Below, one piece after another: positions 12,430 to 25,200 of a stretch of DNA of 64,000 nt. The translations under genes and the position numbers were made by a program. Each line of letters begins with the position of its first letter. Positions within the stretch are counted from its first letter, which is position 1. The notes beneath the pieces were generated by a model, which saw nothing but the letters and a program-made list of their open reading frames with translations, made no database searches and was not told the DNA's origin. Source of the stretch: Camelus dromedarius. Taxonomy: Eukaryota. The stretch is taken from positions 18,292,001 to 18,356,000 of the forward strand of contig NC_087437.1 in assembly GCF_036321535.1 (NCBI RefSeq), read 5' to 3'.

Positions 12430-13123
12430 TTAGGCTATATCATCATCATCTACTGCAGCATAGATGGCTTGATTCCTCCTCTTAATTTTCTTTCTTTGTT
12501 CGGGTTCACGTTCATCACTCAGCCTCTTCAACGGCACTGAGGTTAAGTCCTTTCCATCCTCCAATTCCACAGGCTCACCAGGTTTCCCCTCCTTGCCAAT
12601 TGGGGAACCTGATGTATCATCAGAAGACAGAATCATGGAACTTGGCAAGATCCTGACGTCAGAGAAGCTTGCAGAAAAGTCCAAAGCTTGATCAGAAGAA
12701 GGGTCTACAGATGGTGTATTCATGTCACTGTGTGCACTTACAATACTATCTTCATATTCCTCTTCTTCATCTAAAATTATCTCATCTGGATTAATCGAGG
12801 ACAGGGCTGATGTGTCTGTGTTGTATTCACTGGGGTCTTCTCCAGAGTCATTGCTCTCCACATCGTCCTGCCCTTCATAGTCATCACACAACTGATGTTT
12901 TTCTTTGGCCTTCTGAAGCCTGACATTAATGTCAGTGATGCCAAGTCGAGCACAAAATTCAGTAGTCTGAGGACTGATCCTATGAACCAACTGCATTTGT
13001 GTCTGTGGCTTGCTAGGGTCATAGCAAGGAGCAGTTACACTAAAGTTACTTGGAATTTTGAGGTCATGATTCAATTTTTCCAATACTTCATTCATAGCTT
13101 CTTTTGTTGCACTGTAATCCCAC
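12430..13123 (-). CDS. DBR1: DBR1 exon 8 (coding part, 694 nt): acidic C-terminal tail and NLS
   Basis: tttacag|G TGG GAT TAC ([21 protein letters not shown]...[32 protein letters not shown]); TAA at 12430-12432. Confidence 0.97.
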
Positions 13124-16100
13124 CTGTAAAGTCCAAAACAATAGCTTTTTATATTTTAGCAGCCTTGGACAGTAAATGATTAGATCTAACTATGGGCTGC
13201 AGGAGCAAGGATAAAAAATAAGCCACATTTTAAAATTCCATTTAATAAAATTACAGTTAATTTAGCAAAGGACAGTTTTGAAATAAAAACAAAGAAAAAA
13301 CTACCCTTAACTCACACCCAAAGACAAGTACGAATTATTTTAATGTGTGAACCAAATCTCCACCATCTTACAGTTTTAAGCACTTACACACTTACTTGGG
13401 TCGGTGCTCATCAGCAGTCCATTTTCTTGGATCTCTTAGATGGAAAACTTGCAATTTTCTTACCAGTTAGTAAACTTTGAATTGTTCTGATTTATTTAAC
13501 AGTAATTCCCTTGATTAAAAATAATAATAAAAAGGTGGAGGGGACAAAAACTATGCATGCAATGGAGGAGGCAAATTCTACTAAGGTCAGAACCTACCTT
13601 GTATGCAGGCCATTATTTTCAGGCATATTCCACAGGCGCTCAGTCACGTTAATAAGATCGTCAGTAGCCCTGAGAATAGCCAGCCATTCAGTGTCATACT
13701 CCAGGTAATCAGGAGCACTGGGGTCATGTTCTATTTCTATTACCTACAAGAAGAAATAGGTAATTTCAAGAAATAAGTATCTATTTTTAATATTCTAAGA
13801 ATGTCAATATAACAACAAAATTTTAAATGAATTTAATTAAATGGCTTAAAAACATTAATGTAACTTAAATATTCCCGAAGAAATCTGAAAATATATAAAT
13901 TACAAAGAGCACAAATAATTAATACTGTTAATTAATTTAATACTGTTTTTTAATCACTGGAAGAGTAAAACTATATTGCAAAGTTCATTTTCTTTTTACC
14001 TGAAGAAAGTCTCTGTGTGGTAAGCATTTGTCCAAGGCTAGAAATTTCGTTGCTTTGGCTGACTGTCCTTTATCCTTGGCCTAGACAATATGAAGCATGA
14101 TTTGAGAAAGACTGTTAAAACATACACTGAATAGGATGGAAATCATCTTTATCAGCCATACCCCTAAGTGGTGTGTCAAAGTAACAACTGGTACTTTTCC
14201 AAAACAAGTTAGCTCTACACCCACTTGTGCAATGATGAGCAAGGCACTTATACTCTGGGCTTCAATTTCCTTACAAAAGTCAAAGCAGAAAGTAATGGTG
14301 GTGATGACAATGTTAAATCAAAGCATATAACACACATAAATCAAAGCATATAATACAGATTAAAGATAAGACAACAGAAGAGCTTAAAAGTAAATTGGTA
14401 GAGCTAAAACGTACAGGAGAAAATTTCTGCAATCTTAGGTTAGGCAAAGATTTCTTAGACACAACACCAGAGTAGATGTATATACTACAGTACGACAAAG
14501 TACTATTCACCAATAAAGATGAAATACTGATACATGCCACAGCAAGAATGAACCTCAAACGCAAGCAAAGGGAAGAAATCAGATGCCAAAGACTATATAT
14601 TGTATGATTCCATTTATATGAAATGTTCAGAAAAGACAAATCCATAGAGACAAAGCAGATCAGTGGCTGCCTGGGGCTGAGCGCAGGAACAAAGACTGAC
14701 AGAAGACAGGCACAGAGGATTTTCTGGGCTGATGGCAGTGTTCTAGAACTAGACTATATGATGTTTGTCCAACTCTGGAAATGTACTAAAAATCACTGAA
14801 TTCTACACTTACAACAGGTGAATTTTATGATGTGGAAATTATACTCCAATAAAACTATTTTTTTAAGTGAATTGGCAGGAAAAAACATGAGCAGGACCGC
14901 AAACATGAAGGTCACGTTGGAAGAAATAGAAAGTGACTCACTAAAAACAGTAAGGCACATGGAGGAAAAAAAGACAAAAATGCAAGCCATGGGACATCCT
15001 ACTGAGGACCAGGTTTCAACTGAGTGGTGGTGAGGGACACAGAGAGGTGGAAGGCACAGAGGTCACGGACAGGTCTTGGCCACGGGGCAGTTCTGAGGAA
15101 GGATGGTCTTTGGTGTTGGGAAAAGGGCTCCGACAACACTGGTGAGAGTCAGAGGCGGTTGAGGAGCCAAGAAAAAGGGATCAGACAGAACACTAATTCA
15201 GAGACACGGGTCCCTAAGGTCAACAATGGAAGACGGAGTGTGGGAAAAGTAAATCAGGTGCTTCAGTAAAAATCCAAGGGTGTCATAAGCCCCAAGGGAC
15301 AGAAGAGAGTAACACAGATGTGGAAGAGGTGACTGATGTTGACACATGACTTGGACATTAGAAGAGCCCAAAGGAAAACGAAAGGAGTAACCTCGCCTCC
15401 TTCTCCTAGTGAAGCTGGCGAGGGAGAATAAGCCCACAGCAGAGGGTCCCACAGGACTGTTTCCAGACAGAACCTTCCTAACTGGGTTTGAGGAACATCG
15501 TTAAAGTGCACCTCCACCACAGAAAGGGGTCTGCTTAAGTTCAGGAAGCTCTGCACCAACCTCCCTCCCTACCCATCTTGGAGAAAGGTAAGGCCCGTTA
15601 GCATATCAAAGGGCCTCAGAAATTCTACAGAAGCCTCTGAGAAGAAATCTCGGTTAACCCAGCATTTTCTGTGTCTTCCCTACGGAATACTTCATGGGAA
15701 AGTCAGAGTTCAGTCAGAGTAGGAGGTGAAAGGAAGAACCGCTTATTTCCGTAAAAGCCTAACTATAAATCTGTAACAATATGTATTTATTCTCTAGCCT
15801 CCATCAAGCACCATCACCCAAGGAAAACTCTGGGAGTCAGTCTAGACTCCCACCTCCCTCTGTCACTAAATCTGACGATTCTGCTTCAGAATCTCTCGGA
15901 ACCTGCATTATTCTCAATGTTCCTGCTTTGCCTTGGGTTAGAACCTCATCTTTTGCTTAAATAGCCTCCTTGCCTCCTATTTTACATTACTCCAATACAT
16001 ACACAAAACTGCTGCCAATGTAATCTTTCTGCAGTGAGAACCTGATGTCATCACTCTCCAACTTTCCCCATTACCTTCTGGTTAAAACCTGAACTCCAGA

Positions 16101-19100
16101 GCAGGGCCCAGGAGGCAGCTAGGATCTTGTTCCCACGTCATCTCTCCCTGGGCCTCAGCCACAGGAACCAGCTACAGTTCCCCAAAGGTACCAGGCTCTC
16201 AGCCCTCCAGCCTCTGCACACATCAGTCCCTCTACCTGCATCACCCTGGTCATCTGCTTCCTCCTGGCACCATCAGTGCCTTTAGAAACCTTCCATATCC
16301 CTCCATCTCTCTGGCCACGGCCCCATCTCACCCTGTCCTGGCTTAGGTTTTCCCACAGCATCCTGGCACTTTTTGTCACAAACTGACTACGCTGTTTTAT
16401 AATTGCTTGCTTGGCCCTTCCCCTCACTGGACGCTGAGTGACTCACAAAAGGAAAGCTGTCTTTGATTTTTTTCTCTGACTTTACAACTGTGCCCATAGT
16501 GCCTAGCATGTAGATGTTCAATAAATGTTTCTTAAATCAAAGAATAAACACTTTGTTTTCTACCTGATGTTGCATCAAGGCTGCAAACTTCACATGGAGG
16601 TGTGCGGAAAACCAGTAAGTAGGTTTTAAGTGCTCCAAAAGCTCTGAGGCTGCGGGACTTCCTAATGTGTTATTTTCCACTTCTTGTCGGAAAAAAGATT
16701 TAGTCTTAAGAAGCTGCTTCTTATTTCCATAATGATATATACTTCTTGGCCAATCGTGAGATAGGAATATGTCCATAGGCTGCTTCAGCTTTAATGGAAA
16801 AAGAAAGCTCTTAAAAACAGATTAACCAAAAGCAGTCCCCTCCATTCTCTCCATCACCACACAACCATTTACCCATGTAGGTCTCTAGATTTCTGTGTTA
16901 TTCATTCTAAAGACAGTTTATTTAAGGAAGTCACAGAATACTGAGCTACTCGCTCATCTAGCAAAGAGAAAACTTCCTCTCTGCCTCACAAATCATCCTT
17001 ATTTTCCGTGGCAAGGCAGGTCCATAGAGACACACTTCGATTAGGCTGCCAATCAGCTATGGTCTTAGCACTGGGTGTCTAAAATCTCTAACAATCATTG
17101 TTCTTTTCCTTTTTGGTAAAGAAACTACTATTTTAAGATCCAGTGACACCAGATTTCATGAGACTTGTAATGTAAATGATACAATAAACCTAAAGATACG
17201 TTCCATTTTTTTCCTAACAGATTCACACAGTAAACACCAAAAAAAAAAAAAAACCTCTTGTTTACTACAAAAATTATAGTAGAGTTATTTAATGGACCTG
17301 GTGTCTTCATGAGGAGCACACAATATATACTCCATACTTTCAAGTAATCCAAAACAAATACTTGGAAAACAAATTAATTTAAGTAAGTGTTCCAGAAAAT
17401 ACAAAATGTAAGATAAATATGACTACACTGAAAAACTTGAGTGGGCAAAAAGTGTTGTGAAAATTCAGAGAAGGTTGATGACTTTAAACTAGACACTGGT
17501 TGGGAAGTGGTATCTAAGCTGGGTCTACAAGGACTGGTAGGATTCAGATGAGTGAAAGGGAAAAAGCACTCAAGGTGAGAACTGTCATGAATAGGGCACA
17601 CCTGCAAGCATTCTGATGCTCCTGTAGAGGCTGTTGTACCTGGTGAGAAGGGACTGAGTTCGGACCTGGCAGGCTCTACCACTTAACCATGTGGGAAGTC
17701 CCGGGCAGGGCCCGGTTACCTTCCCTACCTGGGCCTTGGCCTCTCACCCTTAATGTGACAAAGTAACACCTACCTCACAGCATCTGAGTGACAATTATTT
17801 GAACTATCACGGGGGAAAGTTGCTTAGCCCAGTGTCAGGCATTTAATGGCTTCTCAAACAAAAACCTAGTTTCACCTACTCTCCAGTTAAGTCAGGGTTT
17901 CCATACTACCTTCATAATTTTCCCATATCCTCTATCATCTTCACTGTTACTTATTTTCTATTTCATATCATTATATGAAATAAAACATTTAATATTTTCT
18001 TTAAAGTATCACTTTATCCCAATATATACTCTAGCCTTAGCCTAAGTAACAGTATCCAAAGGTGTGGATCAAATATTTTATTTTATTATTAACTACTAAA
18101 ATCAACGTATAGCCATTAAAATAAAAAAAAAAAAAGTTCACCTGTGAACCTCTTAGAAACAACTGGGGATCCAAATTTTAGAAATACTGAATTGAGCTCA
18201 TCTTGGAAACAGTAGACTACAATGATCAAAGTACATTTTGGTGCAGAATTACTTTAACATTTTTTTGCAGTCTGCTGTAATGTACTTTTTTACATACCTG
18301 TTTTAATTTGTACACTTCGATATTTCTCACATGATATATACTCCTTATTGTTGCTGCATTATAAGGGGGGCACTCAAAATGACCTTAAATTGAAGAAGAC
18401 AAATAAGCTATATTCAACTCCCTTAAACATTGCAAGTACAAATACATACACACACTTTTCCAATGCTTTTGGTTCTTAAATTTTTCTTTTAATTTTATTA
18501 GTATTTTCTACTAATAAGTAATCATAAACTAGAAATTAAATAACTGTGGGGGCTTATAATTTTTAAAATTAAATTATATGTAATTCTGAAATACACTGTT
18601 TATTCACATTGCTAAAGATTTAAAAGATACCATCAGGAAGGTATAGGTTAAAGGTATAGGGTTCCTCCTGGAGAGTAGACCAGTGGGTGCCTAGGGCTGG
18701 CGTAGGAGTCAGGATGACATTTGGCACAAAACGTTTAGGGATAATAGGACTGTTCTAAATCTGGATGGTGGTAAAAGCTGCATAACTATAAATTTACTAA
18801 AATCACTGAATTGTATACTTACAATGGTATATAAATTTTACTGCAATAAAGCTACTAAAACAAGAGGAGGGGGTTTTCCTATGCCTTCTCCCAGCCATCA
18901 GTAACCCTACCTATGGGCAAACAGTGTTAACCAGGTTTTAGTATTTTATTCCAGAGAAATCATCTACACATATAAAACACCTATTTCTTTATTCCCTCTT
19001 TTTTTTTTTTTTTTAACACAAATAGCAGTGTATCTTCTACATGTTCCGTGCCTTGTTTTTTTCACTTAACTTATTTTGGAGTTCTTTTCATATTAGTCAC

Positions 19101-22100
19101 ACATAGAGCGCCTGCTTTTTTTTTTTTTTTAATGACTTCAAAGCATTACATTATAATGCTGTATTTAACTAGTTCCTATTTTTTGCTATTACAAACAAGG
19201 CTGAACTAAATTTATTTATATCCTTTTGCACCTGTGGAATATATCTGTATATCAGTTCCTGGAAGATGAACTCCTGGGTCAGAACACCTTTATTAATTTC
19301 CATAGATATTACCAGTTGTCATCTAAAGAGTGGTTCCAATTTCCACCCACACCTGCCATGTAGGAGATGGACTATTTTTGTGACCCGTGCCAAGTTTATA
19401 ATCACAGGGAGCAGGGCAGCAGGGAACAGACTTGTGATTTAACAGTTACATTGAGGATATAAGTTTTAACTGCCAACTTAATTCATAAGTTTTAAAATCA
19501 ATGTGAATCCAAGCTATTTCTTTAACTTTAAAACCTAGGTATAATTAATTCATTCAGATACAGTGTGGTATGCTTATACAATGGAATACTATTCACAAAT
19601 TAAAATGAATAGATTAGAGTTACATGTGTCAACATGGATTTCAAAAACATATTAAACAAAAAAGCAAGTTGAAGAAAGATACATATAAAATGACACACTT
19701 AAATGAAGTTTAACACATGCTGTACAATACAATGCAATACAATGTTTAATACATGCTATGCAATTCAACACATGCTATACAATGTTTAATAAGCTGTTAC
19801 TGATACAGTAATGATACAAAATAATCAAGTGAATGATAAACACCAAATTCTGAATAATGACTGCCTGGTGAGGTAAGGGAGGAATAAAAAGAGAGAGATG
19901 GGATTGAGGAAAGATAAACAATGAACTTCAATTATATCTGCACTTTTTTATTTCTTAAAAATCAAAATTCAAAATGGCAAAATAGCAAATAAAACTAGAT
20001 GGTAGACACACAGATAATACATTCTAGTGTTCTCTGTTTTCATATGTATAAAATATTTTATAACAAATTTAAGAATAAACTAATCAGTTCATAGAAGAAA
20101 TCCAATAAAAAAGTCAATCTGTATATATTATGCTTAGTTACTCTGGGGCATGCAAGTTCTAAAGTTTAAAAACAATTCTCAAAATAACAATACCTTTTCG
20201 ATAGTCATGAGATTTAAATATACCAGAGATTCCACCAATCCTTACGCCTCGGTATTTTACTACACCTGCCAAACCTGAAAAAATACACAGTTAAACAAAA
20301 TTACTGCAGGAAAAGCGATCTCTTTGCTAACTGAACAAACAGTTTAGAAGCCTAGAATTCCATGCAGTCCTAAAATTATTTGAAAATTAAGTATCATGAT
20401 GAGGTTACTATTTTACATAGGAATATGCCAACAATACATAAGGCAGACTAGGGAGGGGAGGACTAGAAGCAGATCAGGCAAGAGACTGAGCAGAAAGGAA
20501 GGAACAAATGAGATAGGGCATGTTAAGAGGGAAACAGACATACGTAATTTGGCACATAATGGAATATGGAGATGGGGCAGGGGAAATAAGGGAAAATGTC
20601 CTATGATGGATTTGTCTGTTATAAATCTGGAAGTCAAAAGTTTAAGGTAAAAAGAACCGGCAGCTTCTGTATTTAATTTCTGATTGATAGTTTACAGAAA
20701 ATTTCATCTTTTCACAACACTGCAGTTGTCAATCAGTAATAAAGTAAAGAAATTACATTTCTGAAGTTACAATGTCATCATTAGAAACACCTATAAACAT
20801 TTAAGTGAAGAGATAAAAGCACTATATAGTTTAAAAGGATTAAAATCAAACCTGAACCTAATCAGGTCTGTAAATCTAAATGCAGATTATAGCCAATGCA
20901 AAAAATATAAGGAACATGTTAAACAACACGAGGAATTCCAATTCAGAATGCAGGAAGTTCTACTAGACAAATGTCCCCATTTTCTTCAACAAATAAACAG
21001 CACAGGGTGGGAGTTGGGAGAGAGGGTGAAAAGGGACTATGAGACTTCAGAATCATGACAATCAAATGAAATGTGCAGACCTTGTTTGCATCCTATTTGA
21101 ACAAGTGTCAACTGTAAAACAGACATCTTTGTGATAATCAGGGAAATCTGAATATGAACTAGGCAATAGATAATAAGGAATTACTGTTACTTTAGTTAGG
21201 TATAATCACGGTACTGTAGTTGTATTTTTTTAAACCCTCACACTTAAAAATACATGCTGAAGTATTACAAGTGAAATAATCTGATGCCTGAGATTTGCTT
21301 TAAAATACTCCAGTAAGCCCCTCCTACAAAGCAGTTAGGGGAGAGTGGATTGAATTAAGGATGGCGGAATAATAGTTCTTAAAGCTGATTAATAAGTACT
21401 TAGATTCATTATGCTATTCTCTATTTCTGTATATGTTTAACAATTTCCATTATAAAAAATTTGAGTTTTTTAAAATTTTATTAAAAGAGTAGGAAAAAAA
21501 TAAGGGATTGCAAATAGTATGTAAGTTCTTTGCAGTAATATTAAGTATTGCTTAAAACACCAGATGATGCATGGATATATTTTCATGACTACTTACTTAA
21601 ATTAATTGTTTTAATTAAATTTTCATGATTATTTAAATCAAGAAACATTCCTAAAAGACCGTACATCTCAAGATGCTGATCAACTGGTATAGAAATCCTG
21701 ACAGGCTCTTCCATCCCATCAAACCAAGAAATTACCCACAAACACATACCTAAATAATAAATGTTGGGTGCCACCCAGCCACCGTACGGTAACTCTTGCA
21801 AATGATTTGAGGCTTCATGGTTTCCCCCAATGAAAATTGTAAGAACTGGGGCCTTTTTCTCTCCAGAGTAATATCTAAAACACAAGGGTAACGTCAATTG
21901 GCATAGCAGAAATCGGGGATAGAGGAAAGCAATTGGGCATATCTGTACCATCAGGCATAGCAGAAAAGCGAAATACGGTCCGAAGTAAAAAATCTGAGTT
22001 CATCATAAAAAGTTTAAATCCTCTAAACCAACTGTCCATCCTTGTCCTTAGGAATGAAGGGCTGCCGCCTTGGGTTTCAAGCCAACGTACGTTCAATGAG

Positions 22101-22683
22101 GTCAAAAACTTGGTCAGTTCACTGCTGTAACTTTAGCTTCCAGAATGAGGACTGGCGCATAGCAAGCGTCCAGTAAAAATTCCTGGATCATTAAATGGAC
22201 TAGTCCCCGAGTCCTATCAAGTATACGGTAGATTAACTTGTCAGTTTCTTCCTGCAAGTTTTCCCCTCAGGCTGCGATCCCTTCCGAAACAAATAAAATA
22301 GATTAATTTAAATAAGAAAAGTGACATTTACGAAGGGCCAGTTCCTAGAGATAACAAAGACGGGGTACTAAGAGAGACGGCTGTTCAGTGGCAGACGGGA
22401 TTCGAACCCAGCCCAGGTTCTCTACCCCCACTGCTGGCTAGTCACACCTCGCACGGCGGGGTCCGAGGCCCGGCGGCCTCCCTCACCTGTAGAAGGTCTG
22501 CATGTGGCGGTACTTGGGCGGCACGGCCATGCAGCGCAGGTCGGCCTCGTTGCGCACTGCCTGGAAGTCGCCGCAGCACAGCAGAAGGTCTATCGGCCCG
22601 GGGCCGCGCCGCTCCGCCAGCGCCAGCGTCTCGTAGATCTTGTCCAGCTCGCCGTGGCAGCAGCCGGCCACAGCCACCCGCAT
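12430..22683 (-). CDS. DBR1: DBR1 lariat debranching enzyme, spliced CDS of 8 exons, 544 aa
   Basis: complement(join(12430..13123,13598..13743,14000..14080,16564..16788,18298..18383,20194..20274,21750..21874,22487..22683)) = 1635 nt, open frame, all introns GT-AG. Metallophosphoesterase motifs GCCHG, CGDFQ, GNHE, SHDWP and SAHLH are intact. Confidence 0.98.
13598..13743 (-). CDS. DBR1: DBR1 exon 7 (146 nt)
   Basis: ttgtag|[49 protein letters not shown]|gtaggt. Confidence 0.97.
14000..14080 (-). CDS. DBR1: DBR1 exon 6 (81 nt)
   Basis: gtctag|[27 protein letters not shown]|gtaaaa. Confidence 0.97.
14390..14865 (+). mobile_element. Old L1MB/MC 3'-end remnant in DBR1 intron 5
   Basis: TATTGTATGATTCCATTTATATGAAATGTTCAGAAAAGACAAATCCATAGAGAC...GTGAATTTTATGATGTGGAAATTATACTCCAATAAA. 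Confidence 0.8.
15790..16535 (+). mobile_element. L2 LINE 3' remnant in DBR1 intron 5
   Basis: Pyrimidine-rich body ending in the L2 tail GTGCCTAGCATGTAGATGTTCAATAAATGTTT. Confidence 0.7.
16564..16788 (-). CDS. DBR1: DBR1 exon 5 (225 nt)
   Basis: ttaaag|[75 protein letters not shown]|gtagaa. Confidence 0.98.
18298..18383 (-). CDS. DBR1: DBR1 exon 4 (86 nt)
   Basis: tttaag|(G)[28 protein letters not shown]|gtatgt. Confidence 0.97.
19555..20080 (+). mobile_element. Old L1ME 3'-end remnant in DBR1 intron 3
   Basis: GTGTGGTATGCTTATACAATGGAATACTATTCAC...ACATGTGTCAACATGGAT. Confidence 0.65.
20194..20274 (-). CDS. DBR1: DBR1 exon 3 (81 nt)
   Basis: tttcag|(G)[26 protein letters not shown](G)|gtattg. 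Confidence 0.97.
21750..21874 (-). CDS. DBR1: DBR1 exon 2 (125 nt), GNHE motif
   Basis: ttttag|(R)[41 protein letters not shown](G)|gtatgt. Confidence 0.98.
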
Positions 22684-22960
22684 CCTGCCGGCCCGAGGCG
22701 GGAAGCGCTGTCCGCAACCCCTCAAACCTGAGCCAGCCCAAGCCGGACTGATCGCTCAGCTCCCGCCAACCTTAACTGAGATGCCGCCTCTTACAAGTGA
22801 GACTCTTGCAATATAACTCACTTCCGGTTTCCAAATCTCGCGAGAGAAGGATCGGGACGGGGAAGACTAGCACCGGATTCCAGGGAGCTGGTGAATCAAC
22901 TCAGGCTCTACGTATCTTGTCCCGTCTTTGAGTCGGAGCGATCTGACAGACGGTAAAAAG
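22430..22960 (-). promoter_or_regulatory. DBR1: DBR1 CpG-island promoter with ETS (ACTTCCGG, 22820-22827) and TCTCGCGAGA (22836-22845) motifs
   Basis: High GC and CpG density across exon 1 and upstream; both motifs read directly from the sequence. Confidence 0.85.
22487..22683 (-). CDS. DBR1: DBR1 exon 1 (coding part, 197 nt)
   Basis: ATG at 22683; [66 protein letters not shown]|gtgagg. Confidence 0.98.
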
Positions 22961-23849
22961 CAAAACCAGAGTAGTAAAACAAATAAACAAAAATCCTCAG
23001 AAATAGGCGTTTAGTTTGATAAAATCAAACCAAACTTGGAATGAACTTCTCATGGCAAAGATAATTGCCTGAAAGTGATTAGAAATTAAAAGATTTTAAG
23101 ACACCCCAAAATAAAAATAAATTTAAAATAAAACTTAAAAACTCACTGAGGATTTTGAAATTATCTCCTCGAAGAGTTTCTAAAATTATCTGTTTTTTTT
23201 TTTAAAGGGTCCGGGGACTCTTCATTTTCCTACCAAATAGTTGTTTGCATAACTAGAATGCAAGTTCATGAAAGCAGATGTCTAGAAAACATCCAGGGGG
23301 ATAATGGGCCAAGCTGGCAATCAAAGAGTTTGTGGCCAAGACAGAAACAAGTAAACAAGTAAATAAAACGCCTCAGGAAATTTCAATCAAGAAAATAAGC
23401 TAATCAAGATAATGCAGAGAATAAAAAATCGATCTCAGCTCTTAAAATAAAATCTAGATAAAATAAGCAATATTCCAGGAACAAAGGCACCAAAATTAAT
23501 ACAAAATGAAGAGGAAGATGTAAACAAAACAATGACAATAAGAAGACACTGGAAAAGTTGTCTAAGACATAAATCCATTGAAAGACATTGTAGCCAGAGT
23601 GATTTATGGACAATTTCTTTCACATTTACAAGGAGGACATAATTTTCATGACATCTAAATCGATCAAAAGGTTAGAAAAATATGGAAACTAATATTCCCG
23701 ATTATTTTTAATGTTTTATTTTCCTTCTGAATTAAATTTTTTGAAATACATAAGAAGAGATACTTTTTATGACATTGCTAAATTTAACTTCTTCCATTTG
23801 ATTTTCAATCTACAGTAATTACCTTTTTATGGGTCTTTTTTCCCGCCAT

Positions 23850-25200
23850 GTAAAAAAATTTTTAATTTTAATTAACTTGAAGTACCATGAACAAATCAAA
23901 TCTTAAGAGCACATTCTGATGCATTTTTACATGTATAATCACCCATATCAAGGTATAAAAAATTGCCAACATTCTAAGACTCCCTTGTGCTTCCTCCCAA
24001 GCCTTTTCTCCCAAAAGAAAAACTCCATTTTAACCTCTATCACCATAGATCAGTTTTGCTTGTTTTTAAACATCATATAAACGTCAGTATATATTACATA
24101 CTCTTTTATGTCTGGCTTCCTTCATTCAACTAATGCTTGTGAGATTCATCCATGAATCTAAGTAACTGAGCAGGATGCTATGGGGCCTTCCCAGGACAGA
24201 ACTCCCCTCACCATGTCCTCTGCCTGCCTCTTGTTTGTAGAAAAACTTTAGTCTCCTAGCCCTTCCCCAAGTTTCAACGAATAAACTTAATCAGAGAAGT
24301 GAGAAAATGCAGAAACAAAGGAAAACAGTCAAGCAAGACAAAATAATAATGGTTTAACCACTGAACAAAGTCAAAGATCTTTAGTTCCTCCTTAACAGCT
24401 ATAGAGAATATTCTGAACCATATCCTTTGAGCTGTTTTGCAAATACCAAAACCCCCACCAGGTGGAAGAAGTTAACTGTACCCTGCCTAGAGGCATGTAT
24501 GGCCTGGACCAGTTGGAACTAGAAGGTTGATGGTGTTGACTCCCAATTACATCACACCAATCAAACAGAAGACTGTCCATGAGCTGACCATGCACCATGC
24601 AACTCCCTTCCCTCACTGTGTCTTTAAAACCTTTTCCCCAAAAGCCATCTAGGAGTTCAGGCCTTTTGACCACTAGCTACCTGGGCTCCTTGCTTGGTGC
24701 CCTGCAATAAACACTGCACTTCCTTTCACCACAATGCAGTGTCAGTAGATTGGCTTCATTGCATGCAGGTGAATGGACCCAAGTTTGGTCCGGTAACATC
24801 CATACTATAGATAGATGTATGCTATTTCTTATTCCTGTGTAGTATTTCATCATGTGAACTTACCATAGTTCATGTATCTATTTTTTGTTGAAGGATATTT
24901 GGATTGTTTCTAAATTGGGACTATTATGAATAAAGCTGCCATGCACATTCTTGTAAAATCTTTTGGTGGACGTAGCACTTTCTTCCCTTGGATTCTGCCC
25001 AGGAATGGACTCTCTGGGTAACATAGTAGATATATGTTGTTTCAAGAAAGTGTCAGTTTCTAAAGTAGTTGTGCTAGTTTACACTTTCTTAAGCAAAATG
25101 AGTGTTCTAATTATTCCCTATGCTCAATACCACTTGGTATCATCTGTCTGTTAAATTTTAGCCATTTTGTTAGTTGTGCAATGGTGTCTCCTTGTGATTT
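23850..25200 (-). mobile_element. Old L1M 3' remnant (antisense), split by an LTR
   Basis: GTCTGGCTTCCTTCATTCAAC...GAGATTCATCCATG then, after the LTR, TGTAGTATTTCATCATGTGAA...ATTTGGATTGTTTCTAAATTGGGACTATTATGAATAAAGCTGCCATGCACATT. Confidence 0.75.
24161..24798 (+). mobile_element. Solo ERV1-class LTR (~640 bp)
   Basis: Begins AGTAAC (likely mutated TGTAAC) and ends GGACCCAAGTTTGGTCCGGTAACA. TTTAAAA TATA-like box at ~24623, AATAAA at ~24706, 4-bp flanks TCTA/TCCA. Confidence 0.85.

Noticed and set aside
22684..22725. 14-aa in-frame N-terminal extension of DBR1
   Set aside because: It starts at TTG. The conserved DBR1 N-terminus is [11 protein letters not shown], and there is no evidence for non-AUG initiation.
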